A stretch of DNA of 64,000 bases from Octopus sinensis (taxonomy: Eukaryota): NCBI RefSeq assembly GCF_006345805.1, contig NC_043004.1, positions 62,620,001 through 62,684,000 on the forward strand, in the 5' to 3' direction. A model generated the notes under the pieces. It did not search any database. It was not told the origin of the DNA and worked only from the letters and a program-made list of their open reading frames with translations. Within the stretch, counting starts at the first letter, position 1; every line of letters starts with the position of its first letter. The position numbers and the translations under genes were made by a program. Positions 25,051-38,314 of this stretch are shown one piece after another.

Positions 25051-25229
25051 TCTCCACCTCCCGCAACAAGCAACTTTATTTCTTATTTCTTCCTCCTTTT
25101 CTTTTTTCTTTGTCTTTTTTCATTTCTTTTCTTACGTGCTATTACGTCTTTTATTTTATTATGTTATTATTTTATAATTTTTGTTTTTTTATTTTTTAAA
25201 TATTTTTATTATTTTACTGTTTTTATAAA

Positions 25230-26400
25230 TTATTGTTCTTATACACAAAGACATACACATACATACTCACGTATCCACGAACAAACACATACCTCCAACT
25301 CACCACACACATACAACATACATGCACATATACGCACACATACTTCCACACACATACACAAATACACACACACACACACATCCACGCGCACACACACATA
25401 TGCCTGTGCACACAGATACGTACACAAACGTACACACACGCACAAGAATGCACAGAAACCTATCCCATCCAGCACACACAGACACACACACATAAACGTA
25501 CACATAGCCACATACACGCACATACTGAAGCACACGCGCGTACACACAATAAAATGAACACAACCTGACACACATATCCACGCTCACACACACGCACATA
25601 CACATACTCGCACGTACATACGCACACATAACTCCAAAAACCCACGCACACACACGCATACACAAATTCACATACACACCGATACATATGCATACACACA
25701 ATATATGCCTCACGTGCACATACGCATACACATACGTATACACATATAGACACAGACACACGCACACAAAAACATACACACACACGCACACGAATGCACA
25801 CACCCAAAACTCACAACCCCATGGATACACGTATATACACCCATATACGCTTACACACACACATACAAACGCATACACACAACTACACCCACATACGACA
25901 CGCATGCACCTACACACACAAATGAACCCACACATACATCCCATACACACGGCACACAATTATACATACCCGCACACAATTATACATACATGTATACAAA
26001 CATACGCACGTACAAGCACACACGCACACATTCACTACGTAATGCACAGTTATTCGCCACACAACCAAACTCTACGCATACACACACGAACACATACATG
26101 CATACACACACATACACACACTACAAACAAAACACACACACGATACATGTACATACACGCACACACACATACTCCAAACTAGCAATACCTACTACTTGAC
26201 CTGTGGTAGAGACAAAAGCGGCCACTCCCAATTCCTTCTTCCTTGACCTTAACACTACTAGCCCTACAACACGCATTGATTAACAGCCACAGCCACACAC
26301 ACATACACACTCACACGCACACACACACGTGTCATCATTGCACACATACACACATACACACACACGCACACGCAGACCTCCGCACATATCCACATTTACA
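25230..26400 (+). repeat. Degenerate (CA)/(CACATA) low-complexity tract in the PLE 3' region
   Basis: Composition; it lies between the GIY-YIG and the pseudo-LTR. Confidence 0.85.
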
Positions 26401-26551
26401 CACACATTCCTCCTCCTCTACCACTCCCCTGTCTTTGAAAAAACCTTTCTTCACCCATTTCTTTCCAGTCTTTCAAAATGTGACCGCGTGTGTACCGTTG
26501 GCGATTTTTTTTCCTCTGTCTTCCCTTCTCTGGATCTTTTTTTCTCCTATG

Positions 26552-26585
26552 TTTCCGACAAAGAGCTCCGCTCGAAACGTTACAC
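26552..26585 (+). ncRNA. Minimal HHR motif (U4C, G8A; probably inactive) in a PLE pseudo-LTR (26400-26618, resuming 27558-27625)
   Basis: TTT-CCGACAA-A-GAGC-TCC-GCTC-GAA-ACGT-T. Confidence 0.6.
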
Positions 26586-26618
26586 CCTCCTTCTTTCCTT
26601 CTTTCCTGCGCGTCCAAT

Positions 26619-27557
26619 TAGTTAGTTAGTTAGTTAGTTAGTTAATTTGGCTCAAAAGCAAATAGCAAGGCCATGTAGGAGGAAATGGAGTTAAGTACAG
26701 GGTGGTGTTCATGTAAAGAGTTCAGGCCACTTGAGGTCCAGGGAGGCTTTGAACAAAGCGGTCGTCGGCATCTTCACCATCTCGTCTGGCAGCTTGTTCC
26801 ACGGATCCGCAACCCGGACGGAGGAAAGCTCCTCTCCTTCGATTGAGATGAAATCGTCGCAGGTAGAGCTTTTCGGAATGACCCCGCAGCCGACGCTCGC
26901 GAGAGCAGGAGTGAAGAACAGCTCTTTCGAGGGTTACACTTCCGCTTATGATGTTGTGGGCGAGAATGAGATCACCACGGCGGCGGCGCGTTTTCAAGAG
27001 AATAAAGGTCGAGTGTCCTCAGCTTTTCTTCGTAGGACAAATTTTTGAGACCATGAACCATGCGGGTAGCCAGCCTCTGGACTCTTTCGAGATGCTGTAT
27101 GTCTTTGAGGAGATAAGGAGAAGAGGCTTGAATCCCATACTCCAATATGGGTCTCACCAGCGTGACATAGAGTGGCAGGAATATGGCTGCTGTGAGCATT
27201 CCGAATGACCGTCGAATCAAAAACAGAATTCCGCGCGCTTTGTTGGCAGCATGGACGCACTGGGCCGAAGGCGAAAAGGAGGAATCCACCAAATACCCAG
27301 GTCCTTTACCTGATCGGTCCTCTCCAGCAGCAGACGACCCGGCTCGAAATCAAGTTGAGTTGCAGGAGTAGAGCCGACAGGCAGATGACAGCACTTTGAC
27401 ACGTTCAGACACAGGTCCCAATCGTTAGACCACTTCCAAATTTGGTGGAGGCATCGACGAAGATCCTCCATACTACCGCGAGGATCGACCAGTTTGATAT
27501 CGTCGGCAAATAGAAGGGTGTGTTGCGTGAGGTCGTCGGGCAAGTCATTTATGAAGA
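26619..27557 (-). mobile_element. 5'-truncated CR1 LINE (RT C-terminus, 3' UTR, (TAAC)n tail)
   Basis: LLFADDIKL, LYVTLVRPILEYG, LERVQRLATRM, RRRGDLI, RLRGH and WNKLP; CAAT occurs at both junctions. Confidence 0.92.
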
Positions 27558-27962
27558 CAATAATACTATATTTTTTCCACGTACTCGCGTTGTTGTGTTT
27601 TTTTTGCTTTCTTGTTTGGATTAACTATATATGTATATATATATAGATATATAGATATATATATATATACACACGTATATATATATATGTATATATATAG
27701 ATATATAGATATATATAATATACACACGTATATATATATATGTATATATATATACATATAATATATACATATATACATACATGTGTATATATATATATAC
27801 ATATATATATGTATATATATACATATATATATATATATATGTATATGATATATGTATATATATATGTGTATAATATATATATATATATATATATATAAAT
27901 ATATAATATATATATAATATCATATATATATATACGTATATATAATAATATATATATATATA

Positions 27963-28012
<50 letters not shown>

Positions 28013-28745
28013 TTATACATATGTATACATGCATGCATACATACATACATAAAGTGTTTTGTCTGTCCACGTGTATAGACAGATGGTACAAATTATATAC
28101 GTGTATAGAAGAATTTATGTCTTTCCAACCATTGTGACATTACTACGGAACTTGGTCTTAGGAAAATTGATTGAATTTAATTGAACACAATTTATTTGTT
28201 ATTGAGTAGGTATTTTTCTCGGAAATTACATTTCAAAACAGAAGTGGAACGGAAGTTAAAACGTTTCAGTATAAAACCCCTTGAATCACGAAAAACCTAT
28301 AATATAATATTACAGAAATTGAACTAATATATTGTGCCAGAATTTCTTAGTGACCGGAAAATATTAATTTCCTTACTTGTAAATTACATTTATATACTAA
28401 ACTCAACAAATATACTTTACATTTCTGCTTCGTCATCATATCGGGTCACTGAAATAAGCATTCGCACGCGCAATTGTTGAATGCATCTAAATTACCTTTT
28501 GGCAGGACCGTCGCAAAAGCAATTTTTACTAGTGCATGCAATTAGCGAGATTCGAGTAGAATCATTTTGTCATCTGTTCAATACGTATTTATTAACTTTT
28601 TTTCTGATCACCTACTTTCTGAGCAGTTCTTTTTCCGACTATGTTCATTACATACTGAAATCGTCAGATAGAACGTTAGAAGTGACATGACAAAATATCT
28701 TCCATCTAACACCACATCACAGGCTACAGAGCTGGCGGGTCTTAC

Positions 28746-28829
28746 TTCTGGATAAACTTTTATTTTGGAGAGTTCATTGTAATTGTTCTTTGCTTCATTA
28801 AGTCTTGCAAAATATGGGTTAACATATTC
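28746..28829 (-). CDS. Candidate 84-nt phase 0-0 host exon, EYVNPYFARLNEAKNNYNELSKIKVYPE (product unknown)
   Basis: Acceptor TCTTCATCATTTCTTTAAG, donor GAA/GTAAGA, only one open frame, unique sequence. No homology recognised. Confidence 0.3.
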
Positions 28830-28980
28830 CTTAAAGAAATGATGAAGACATTCTATAACAATAATAATAATAATTATCGTGACCATCGTTATGGCCATCG
28901 TCCTTATCATCATCATCATCATTATCATCATTATAATCACCATTGTCTGTGTATATATATGCTTATGTACATGTATATGT

Positions 28981-29044
<64 letters not shown>

Positions 29045-29047
<3 letters not shown>

Positions 29048-29455
29048 TGCAGGAGTGGCTGTATGGTAAGTAGCTTGCTTACCAACCACATGATCCTGGG
29101 TTCAGTCCCACTACGCGGCAACTTGGACAAGAGTATATAACCTCGGGCCGAACAAAGCATATGAGTGGATTTGGTAGACGGAAACTGAAAGAAGCCTGTC
29201 GTATATATGTATATATATATAAGTGTGTGTGTATATGTTTCTGTGTCTGTGTTTGTCCCCCTAGCATTGCTTGACAACCGACGCTGGTGTATTTACGTCC
29301 CCGTCACTTAGCGGTTCGGCAAAAGAGACCGATAGAATAAGTACTGGGCTTACAAAGAACAAGTCCCAGGGTCGATTTGCTCGACTAAAGGCGGTGCTCC
29401 AGCATGGCCGCAGTCAAATGACTGAAACAAGTAAAATAGTAAATAGTAAATAGTA
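29045..29455 (+). mobile_element. SINE family A
   Basis: Full-length copy. Confidence 0.9.
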
Positions 29456-29579
29456 TATTAACATATATTTCAACCGAAATACTAAACCAGATTTTTAAAT
29501 ACTCCCATATATGTCCACACATAATCCTAAAAACAGCGAAGCCGTCAACATTATCATCCAAAATCTACCCATCCTCACA

Positions 29580-29830
29580 GGAGATAAATCAATGAAAAAA
29601 TTTTAAGCTCACACAAAATTATCAAAAGCAAAATGCAACCTTGTCTTGAAGTCGGATCATCCGGAACACTTGACCGAAAGAGATCGAGTTTTGTTTTGAA
29701 AACGGCTACATCCACGCCATGCAGGTCTCTCAGGCTTCGTGAGAGGATATTGAAGACAATGGGGCCCTTGAAGCCTAAGCTGTTGCGGTTTCTGGTCCTG
29801 TACCCCGACGGCAAATTGAGATTTTTGGTA
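29580..29830 (-). mobile_element. CR1-like 3' fragment
   Basis: NSLGFKGPIVFNILSRSLRDLHGVDVAVFKTKLDLFRSSVPDDP matches a CR1 ORF2 C-terminus and parallels the end of the 59838-61945 element. Confidence 0.7.
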
Positions 29831-31046
29831 CTATGTATGTGGTGTGTGTGTGTGTGTGTGGATATGTCTGTGTATATGTGCATGTGTGTTTGTTTCTCTG
29901 TATGTATGCACGTACGCACGTATGAATCCATATTTGTTTAAAAGGTACGATCTTAAACCAAATGACTGCGTACTCTGTCATGACCTCGTTTTGAGTAAGC
30001 TATATTTAAGACAAGACTGAATGACATTAATCATATAAGTGCGATCTCGCGAACTAGCTAATATACTTTATTTCTTCTTGAAGTGAGGAATATATTACCA
30101 TCTTATTTAGATTTTTGTAGGTGTGTAGATGACGAAAATATCACGCATGTAGAATGAATTACAGCTGAATCAACGTCATGGGAATGAAAATCAGACATCT
30201 GGTTGAAGGATGATATCTAGGAAGAGAATTGTAATAGTTATTCTAGAATACAAATTTTATACGCACTCAGGTTATCAAGTGCAATACTCTGTGAAGAAAA
30301 TATTTCTCTGGAAGGTTCATAATACAAATAAATGTTATTCAGGCATTCTTTGTAAAGCGGAAGTTATATCTCATATAGCTGACGGTAATTTAGAAGGAAG
30401 CTTACATGACGGTGTGGGTAAGAAGTTAGTTTCACAGTGACGGATATTTTACCATTGCTTTAGGTTTCCCAAAGCGTATTCCATTTGTTATTAGTAAACG
30501 AGAAATATTGGTTGGGATCATATCTAATATCTACGGTGGATGTACCGCTCAAATTACAACGTTCCCTAAGTGTGAACCTGTGTCGGCCCATGTGTGTATT
30601 GATATATTTGTCTCATATCTCATCATATCATGTGTTTGTGTGTATGTATGTGTGTGTGTGTGTAAAATTAATATAAACAACAGGTTCCAATGTTTCACCA
30701 AACAGGAAAATAAGAATGTCACTAAATGTGATTAGGGTATCAGGAAATACCTACAATACTTGAAATATGATCTAAACCGTTCTGATCTTGCAGTTAACGA
30801 AAATGATTATAAACACATAGACTAACAGGGACCATAATCGTCCGAAAAGTGCTAATCGAGAATTCTTATTACAAACGCCTCAGTTTCGGAAATTTCCGTT
30901 AATTTTCATCAATTAAGACAACTCGACTTCAGCTCTTTCGGGACTCGATTCGCCATTAGTGTTTGTGTTTATGTCATCCAAATACTTGGACGGTTTAATG
31001 ATTCTCTAGTGCGTATGTATAAAAGTAATATAAACAGTAGTTTGCA

Positions 31047-31095
<49 letters not shown>

Positions 31096-31098
<3 letters not shown>

Positions 31099-31320
31099 GA
31101 AGGAGGCTGGTTATTTCCTGGCTTTGTGTAAAAGAAAAATAGAGGGTGATCACCTGATCATCATTTAATTCAAAATATTCAGCACTTATTCACCAACTTA
31201 TGCAGCGCTCCATCAGTATTTCTAAGCGCTGTAAAAGAACTCAAAACGTGTCGGCCTTCAGCTAGGCCTCTCACGATATTATTAAAACCAAGAAATGTTT
31301 AGCACCTCTCACCCTTCGAG
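31096..31320 (-). mobile_element. Mariner-derived MITE or deletion derivative, old
   Basis: Degenerate TIRs (ATTTCCTGGCTTT vs ATTTCTTGGTTTT); the interior resembles a transposase C-terminus (FYSALEILMERC..VN....YFE). Confidence 0.5.
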
Positions 31321-31336
31321 TATATATTATATATAT

Positions 31337-31405
<69 letters not shown>

Positions 31406-31469
31406 CATATTCGACTAATTATTCCTTCAACGCATTTTAAACATAAAATGGGGTTACTTTACTCCAAAC

Positions 31470-31680
31470 ACATCTGCCAACATCACTCCAATTAAAGCAA
31501 TGATTCTAAAAACCAATTGAGATGGTGTGGACATATTGTTCGAATGGGGGATGAACGCACATTCGAACAGTTGTTTTATTTCTCAGCTATACGGCTCTCA
31601 TATTCAGCAGGTGAGCCGATCATCTAGAATAACTACTTTTCGCTCAGCGATGATATCCTTTGTACTGTATATTACATATT
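31470..31680 (+). mobile_element. RTE-clade LINE fragment
   Basis: NQLRWCGHIVRMGDERTFEQLFY. Confidence 0.7.
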
Positions 31681-32001
31681 ATTTTATATAGTGATGAACA
31701 ATACACGTTTATAACTGATGTACAATAGTCTTACCATTAGGTGTTTCACTGTGACAATTCGCTACTTCAATGCATTTCACTTTCTGATATTTAGATATAT
31801 ATTACCAAAACATATGGTCTCCATCTATTTTTTCAATTAAATAAAAAAAACAAAAGACATTTTTTCAGTCCTTTTCATTCCGAACTACATAAAATTTCTA
31901 AGTGTGTTAAATAGCTTAGATGAAGAAATAAATCAAACTACAACAAATTCAATAATACTGTATTCCATCAACGTACACCTGCACACACTTTTTCTATATT
32001 A

Positions 32002-32414
32002 AGGCTAGGAGTGGCTGTGTGGTAAGTAGCTTGTTTACCAGCCACATGGTTCTGGGTTCAGTCCCACTGCGTGGCACCTTGGGCAAGTGTTTTCTACTAT
32101 AGCCTCGGGCCGACCAAAGTCTTGTGAGTGGATTTGGTAGACGGAAACTTAAAGAAGCCCGTCGTATATATTTATATATGTATGCGTGTGTGTGTTTGTG
32201 CGTCTGTGTTTGTCCCCCTAGCATTGCTTGACAACCGATGCTGGTGTGTTTATGTTCCCGTTACTTAGCGGTTCGACAAAAGAGACCGATAGAATAAGTA
32301 CTGTGCTTACAAAAGAATAAGTCCCGGGGTCGAGTTGCTCGATTAAAGGCGGTACTCCAACATGGCCGCAGTCAAATGACTGAAACAAATAAAAGAGTAA
32401 AGAGTAAAAGAGTA
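32002..32414 (+). mobile_element. SINE family A
   Basis: Full-length copy. Confidence 0.9.
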
Positions 32415-35214
32415 TGTACAATAAGGAATACCAATGATAAATTTTCTTGAAAGCAAATATATTTTCCCCCTGTTACATAGTTATCGAGTAATATACTGTC
32501 CGAATTTCCCCGATAATGCATGGATTTCCAACGGCAATTATGTGATAATTGGGTTATTCAATGTTGTAATGAAGTGATAACCGAAAATATCGGCATTTAT
32601 AATGTCAGACAGATTCATTCCAACGATTTTACATTAAAACTAATTTACTTCTTATTTATAGAAGAGGCCAGTGAAAAAGTATGATGCAGTATGTTACGTA
32701 AGACATAAATGAATATCAACGAATTTCAAATATCTTATGATTATATAGAGTTAAGGAATGTATCTTTCGGTAATAATTATATGTACCAAGCCATCCTTTG
32801 TCTACTAAAGCAAGCTATGTGAGGAAAATCGTCTTTCACTTGACATAGTCTCAGACGATTCAATTTCGCTATTTCCTTATAGTAATTTTAAATGATTCAA
32901 GTATTAAGATGTATAAATATACATGAATACAAAGTTAAATTCCTTTAATAAATGAAGTGTTTATTTTTCATCGTTGTTTATTTTTCACCGTTTACTATTT
33001 TTGAAAACTATTGTCAATTGATTATATTTGAACAATATCAACACAAATAATATACATTTATGCGGTACCAACAATTTGGAATATATAATGACAAAGTCTG
33101 TTTTGACGAGGTTGCAATATAAGAATATAAGAAACTATTGCAGCTGAATATCACATATATTTATACATTAGCCGTGAATAATCCACTAGATTTAACATAT
33201 ACGATGACCAATACAAATCTTGGCAAATAGAAATAGGATGGGAAGACCTTCTCCCTGCCTTCAAATGAACAAACATCTACATGTGTTACACCAAATTGAT
33301 AAGAAATAACAGACAAATCCACATTGGATCTCACGATTACATTTATATATAGCAAAGATAACGTAATAACTTATGGCCTATGACTAATAAAATGAGGAAA
33401 GAGACCTACACTATGTAGGTAAATTTATAAATTTCAATAATTTTTGAAATATGATTTGCTGAGCATGAACGGCAAAATCAAGTCTTGCTTAATTCAAATT
33501 TCTCACTCAGTTGAAGGTATTACTCAAACATCAATCATCAGTTTTTCTTGATCAGAACTGACTTAACACGAATCAAAATCAACAGCAATAATAATGACAA
33601 CCTACGACATTGGCGATAATAAGGAAACCTATGAACTAATATTAAGCAATTCTAAATGCTTTTTAATATTCCACAAAAGACACCCTAACGTCCTTTTATC
33701 AATTAGGATCGGGTGGAAATGCCCTAAACACATGCCATCTTGACGTGTCTGATTTCCAAGAACAAAACCAGCATTCTAACAACACTAGTACACATGTATA
33801 CCAGGGTGATGATTGTAGTATTGCCTAATCTGTAATAGAAACTTCTCTGAGAATGAAGATCTCTTAGTTATTTACACTATTTATAAACAGTTGAAGTAAA
33901 GGAAAACGTGTCTTTCTCAGTAACAAGATGTAAAGTATATATTCCACCGATTTGCTCTCTTGAGAGTAGTTGAATGTAGTTGCATTAGATGCACCAACAT
34001 TTGCTAAGCACAACCTTCTTGTTTTTGCAGTTTACTCTTTCCTGGGTTTATTTAGCTTAATAAATATTGTATCATAACGAAACAAAAAAATATGATAAAG
34101 AGAAGCAAAATCAGCATTTTTAAATATTTTCTCAAATAACGCTTTGGCTGACCTACAGATAGATGAAACATCCCAAGTTACTCAGTGAACTCAATGTTCG
34201 AACATTAAGCCTCGTAGTAAAAAATTATTTCATTTACCTTATGCTTATTATTGTTTCAAAACTAATATCACAGAAAATAACGTTCAAGAAATAAAATTTC
34301 GATTTTCATAAAACATTCATTTGATTTTAAATCAATATCCTGAGAGGTGCTAGCGAATCATGGCTGATATAACAGAAGGAACATCTTAAATATCCAACTC
34401 TATTACAAATCAGATGTTTACCTACTTCATATAGGTTTATTAGTGACCGTAAAAAATGTGATATACTTTAAGGAAACTACGAATATGATTAAATTGTATT
34501 GTATACCTCAGTAAATCGAATTACAGAAGATCTACGCAAAGGTCAACGTTTCTTGTCATTCATCTCTGATGATGCCATGAAAAAACATAAACAGTTGTCA
34601 GAAATGTCACGCAAACAATAGCGATATATTATAACGTCTATACAATAGAATGGAGTAGAAAGGCTTCACTTTTAGAATTCAGCCAAGACAAAATATAAGG
34701 AAACTTTATGAAGTGTATTGAATTTAACTATAGTTTATTCATCGTATCTATTCCTTCTTCATTACTCTAGTTTCTGAATGGTTGAATGATATGTCATTCA
34801 CTTTGAAAGATTAACACCTCCAGTGAGATTACATTCACACACACAAATATAGAAATATGTAGGCAAAAATTCACACACACACACACAGATACACACTCGC
34901 ACACATATACATGTCTCTGCGTAGGATTTGAATGAACAAACAATATTAAATTTTCTTGTAATTACTAACAGGAAATTTAACATAATACCCATACAAATTT
35001 CCAGTGAAAGAATTCCTTTGAAAACGACATCACCCTGTCCTTAAAATGTTTTTGGTAAACATGTTAAGTGTCCTATAGACCGGTACGTATTAGACTTCGT
35101 TCCAATAAATTAGTTATGTTCGATCGCTTATGATAAAATATATAATGGGAGCGTATGTGAAGATACATATATACATACGTGTAAATATACAGCTATCTGA
35201 CTCTGTTTCTGTAT

Positions 35215-35245
<31 letters not shown>

Positions 35246-35272
35246 GCGTATATGTATATATGCATGTATATA

Positions 35273-36561
35273 CGAGGAGCGCTCAATAAGTAATGCCCCT
35301 GATCCACTTCCTATTGCAGTAGAGCAACGAAACTTGGCACAGTTTTTAGTCTTTTTCTACATAGGAACCACCAAGAGTTACGCATTTCTCCCATTGTTTG
35401 ATGCAGCTCTGGAGACCGTTTCTGTAGAAGACCCCAGCTTGGTCCTCCAACCTGAACGTGACTTCAGAAATCAAGCCTGCATCATCTGGGAAACGCTTTC
35501 CTTTCAAAAACAACTTCATGACTGGGAAGAGGTGAAAATCAGCGGGTGCCAGGTCAGGAAAGTAGGGGGATGGGGGAGGAGTTCATAGCCATACGCCTGT
35601 CCTTCTGATCTGGCGACAAGCGAGTTGTGGACCGGAGCGTTGTCCTGCAGGAGGAGGATGCCTTTGCTGATCTTGCCCCGCCTCTTTATTTTGATAACTT
35701 CCCTTAATTTCCCCATAAGTGAAGCATAATAAGCTCCTGCAATTGTGATACCCTTTGCCAGGAAATCTGTCATAACTACTCCGTCCTGGTCCCAGATGAC
35801 TGTGAGCATGACCTTGCCAGCGGAGGGCTGTACCCTTGCCTTCTTTGGAGGGGTGAGTCACGGTGCTTCCACTGCATTGATTGGGCTTTGGTCTCTGGAT
35901 CATCGTGATGGACCCAGGTTTCATCCTGTGTAATCAGTCTTTTGAAAAATTTGGACTCATCTTCTTGGCACATCTCCAAATTCACCCTCGAGCACTCGAC
36001 GCGTTCTTGCTTCTAGAAAGGCGTGAGCAACCTGGGAATCCATCTGGCAGATAACTTTTGCATATGCAAATGGTCATGAATGATAGTTTCCACAGACCCG
36101 GTACTAATCTTGACCTCATAGGCTATTTGGCGAATAATTATGCGTCGATCTTCCAAAATGGCAGCCTCAACTTGACGGACAGATGCCTCATCAATGGCAG
36201 AAGGGGCGACCAGACCTGGGAGCTGTTTCCACAGAGTTCCGACCATGTTTGAATTCACGATGCCAGCGTTTTACAAGGTCATATGATGGGACATCATCAC
36301 CATAATTTACTTTCATTTCATCAAAAGTCTCCCGTGGTGTGCGTCCTTTCAAATACAAAAACTGGATCACTGCTCGACACTCAACAGGCTCCATTTCACA
36401 CCTGACTCGGTTCAAACACCTGTAAATCAGAAACCACAATTAATTCAGAACTGTAATTTGCCACTCCATCTATAGAGATATAAATAATTGCACATGCAAA
36501 ATTTCAGCTAGATCAAACAACTGCAAGTGGGTCAGAAGCATTACTTATTGAACGTCCCTCG
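35273..36561 (-). mobile_element. Full-length mariner transposon (1289 bp)
   Basis: 24-bp TIRs matching 21/24, with TA target duplications at 35271-35272 and 36562-36563. Confidence 0.95.
35346..36394 (-). pseudogene. Mariner DD34D transposase pseudogene
   Basis: MEPVECRAVIQFL, WIPRLL, QDETW, QDNAP and YFPDLAPADF, with 34 residues between the last two Asp; one premature TAG and about 3 frameshifts. Confidence 0.92.
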
Positions 36562-37619
36562 TATGTATGCATGAATGCAGGTACATATGAATGAGTGTGT
36601 ATGTATGTATGTGTGTATGTATGTATGTATGTAAGCATTTACACAGGAATACATGCATGTATGTATGTATAGATGGATGCATGGAGTTTCTGTATATGTG
36701 TATGTTTGTATGTATGTTTGTATGTATGTAATTTAAAAAAAAAAAATTTCTTCTTTGGTTTATATTTAGTGATCGAAGAAGATGTCACAATTTAGCGCCT
36801 AAGTAATGTTATCTAAATCCAGGTAAAATGAATTCGAAAACCTCTTGACACAAGGCATGTGTCATAGGAACCAGATCGACACGCGTGAGATGGTGCACAT
36901 TCGTTTCATTTGCTAATGTGTTCCACAGTCGCTGTGTTGACTGATGTAGAAGAAAATCCTGTTTTTCTGCTATTTTACTCACGCTAGATTCTGCCTCCTA
37001 TTGACACCCACTGTGCCCCCTGTTAAAATCAGAAAACTCATTTGCCTCGAGTGTTCGCAAGGTGGTAATTGTTATAACGAAAATTTGAAATGAGCAATAC
37101 TAATACTATATCTAGATTGAGGTGCTCTGTAATATACGTAGAGGGCAAAAACCTTATACACAGCCTAAATGCATTTGGTATATCTAACTTACATCTTTGC
37201 ATTTGTTTCATACATTTAACAGCGGTCATACTGAGGCTGTGCTTTGAAGGACTTAGCGAATCTCGTCGACTTCAAAAGTTATTATTCTATTTAAAACCTC
37301 ATACATAATATGCTTGTATGTGCTACTGGACAGGTAAATTACGACAACGTAAGCACACAAGCACCAAACACGTGTTGTCATCTGTTCGTGCGGAGCAAAG
37401 GCGAAACATGACGGAAGTACAAACACGCATATATACATATATAATTATACACACTCACAAGCACACACACGTACAAACATATATATATATATGTGTGTGT
37501 GTGTGTGCGTGTGTGTGTGTGTGTGCGTGTGTGTGTGTGTGTATAAAAGAGGTATTGGAATATAGAATACCCATGATGGTAAGTAAGGTTATGTAAGTTC
37601 TATGGAATAACCGTAGTTA

Positions 37620-37693
37620 AACTCTCGGTTCGACTACAGGCGGTGCTCCAGAATGGCCACAGTCAAATGATTGAAACAAATATAAGAATAAAA

Positions 37694-37697
<4 letters not shown>
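37620..37697 (+). mobile_element. SINE family A 3' fragment
   Basis: GGCGGTGCTCCAGAATGGCCACAGTCAAATGATTGAAACAA. Confidence 0.7.
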
Positions 37698-37739
<42 letters not shown>

Positions 37740-37788
37740 TAAAATGGAGGACAAGGGATGGAACGAACCGACGAATCGAAAACGAACC

Positions 37789-37858
<70 letters not shown>

Positions 37859-38185
37859 CCTCGACTCATCCTACATCGATTCCTCGGGGGTGTGACGCTA
37901 CACAACCGGTTGTGGTGCATCTATCCCTAATGTAGTGAATCGTAAGGTGATCTTATAATGAATATTTCACTCGATTCTAGCAGAGCGTGTTGTTAATGGC
38001 CGTAATTTTAACCTCTCGTGTATGCATGAGGAAGTGAAAAATCTCGTTGCGTTGTTATATACAATATCTACATGGATTTAGTAGTAAAACAAAGAGAGGG
38101 AGTAAATAAGAAAAACTAAGAAGAATAGGACAAATAAATATATCATAAAGAAAAATGTTATATGCATCACTACGCACAGAGTTAC

Positions 38186-38314
38186 TTCCGTGCTCACACG
38201 TGTGATCCTCACAAACTCCCACGTAGGCACAGTTAAGTAGATGTCATTAAACCCGTTGATAAACATCCAGCCACTCTTGTCTCCCGCTGTGACTCTAACT
38301 ACAGCAGATTCCGC
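38186..38314 (-). CDS. Candidate host exon AESAVVRVTAGDKSGWMFINGFNDIYLTVPTWEFVRITRVSTE (product unknown)
   Basis: GC-richer unique island, open frame and donor GAA/GTAACT. The acceptor is weak; the alternative is an ATG start at 38266. Confidence 0.25.
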
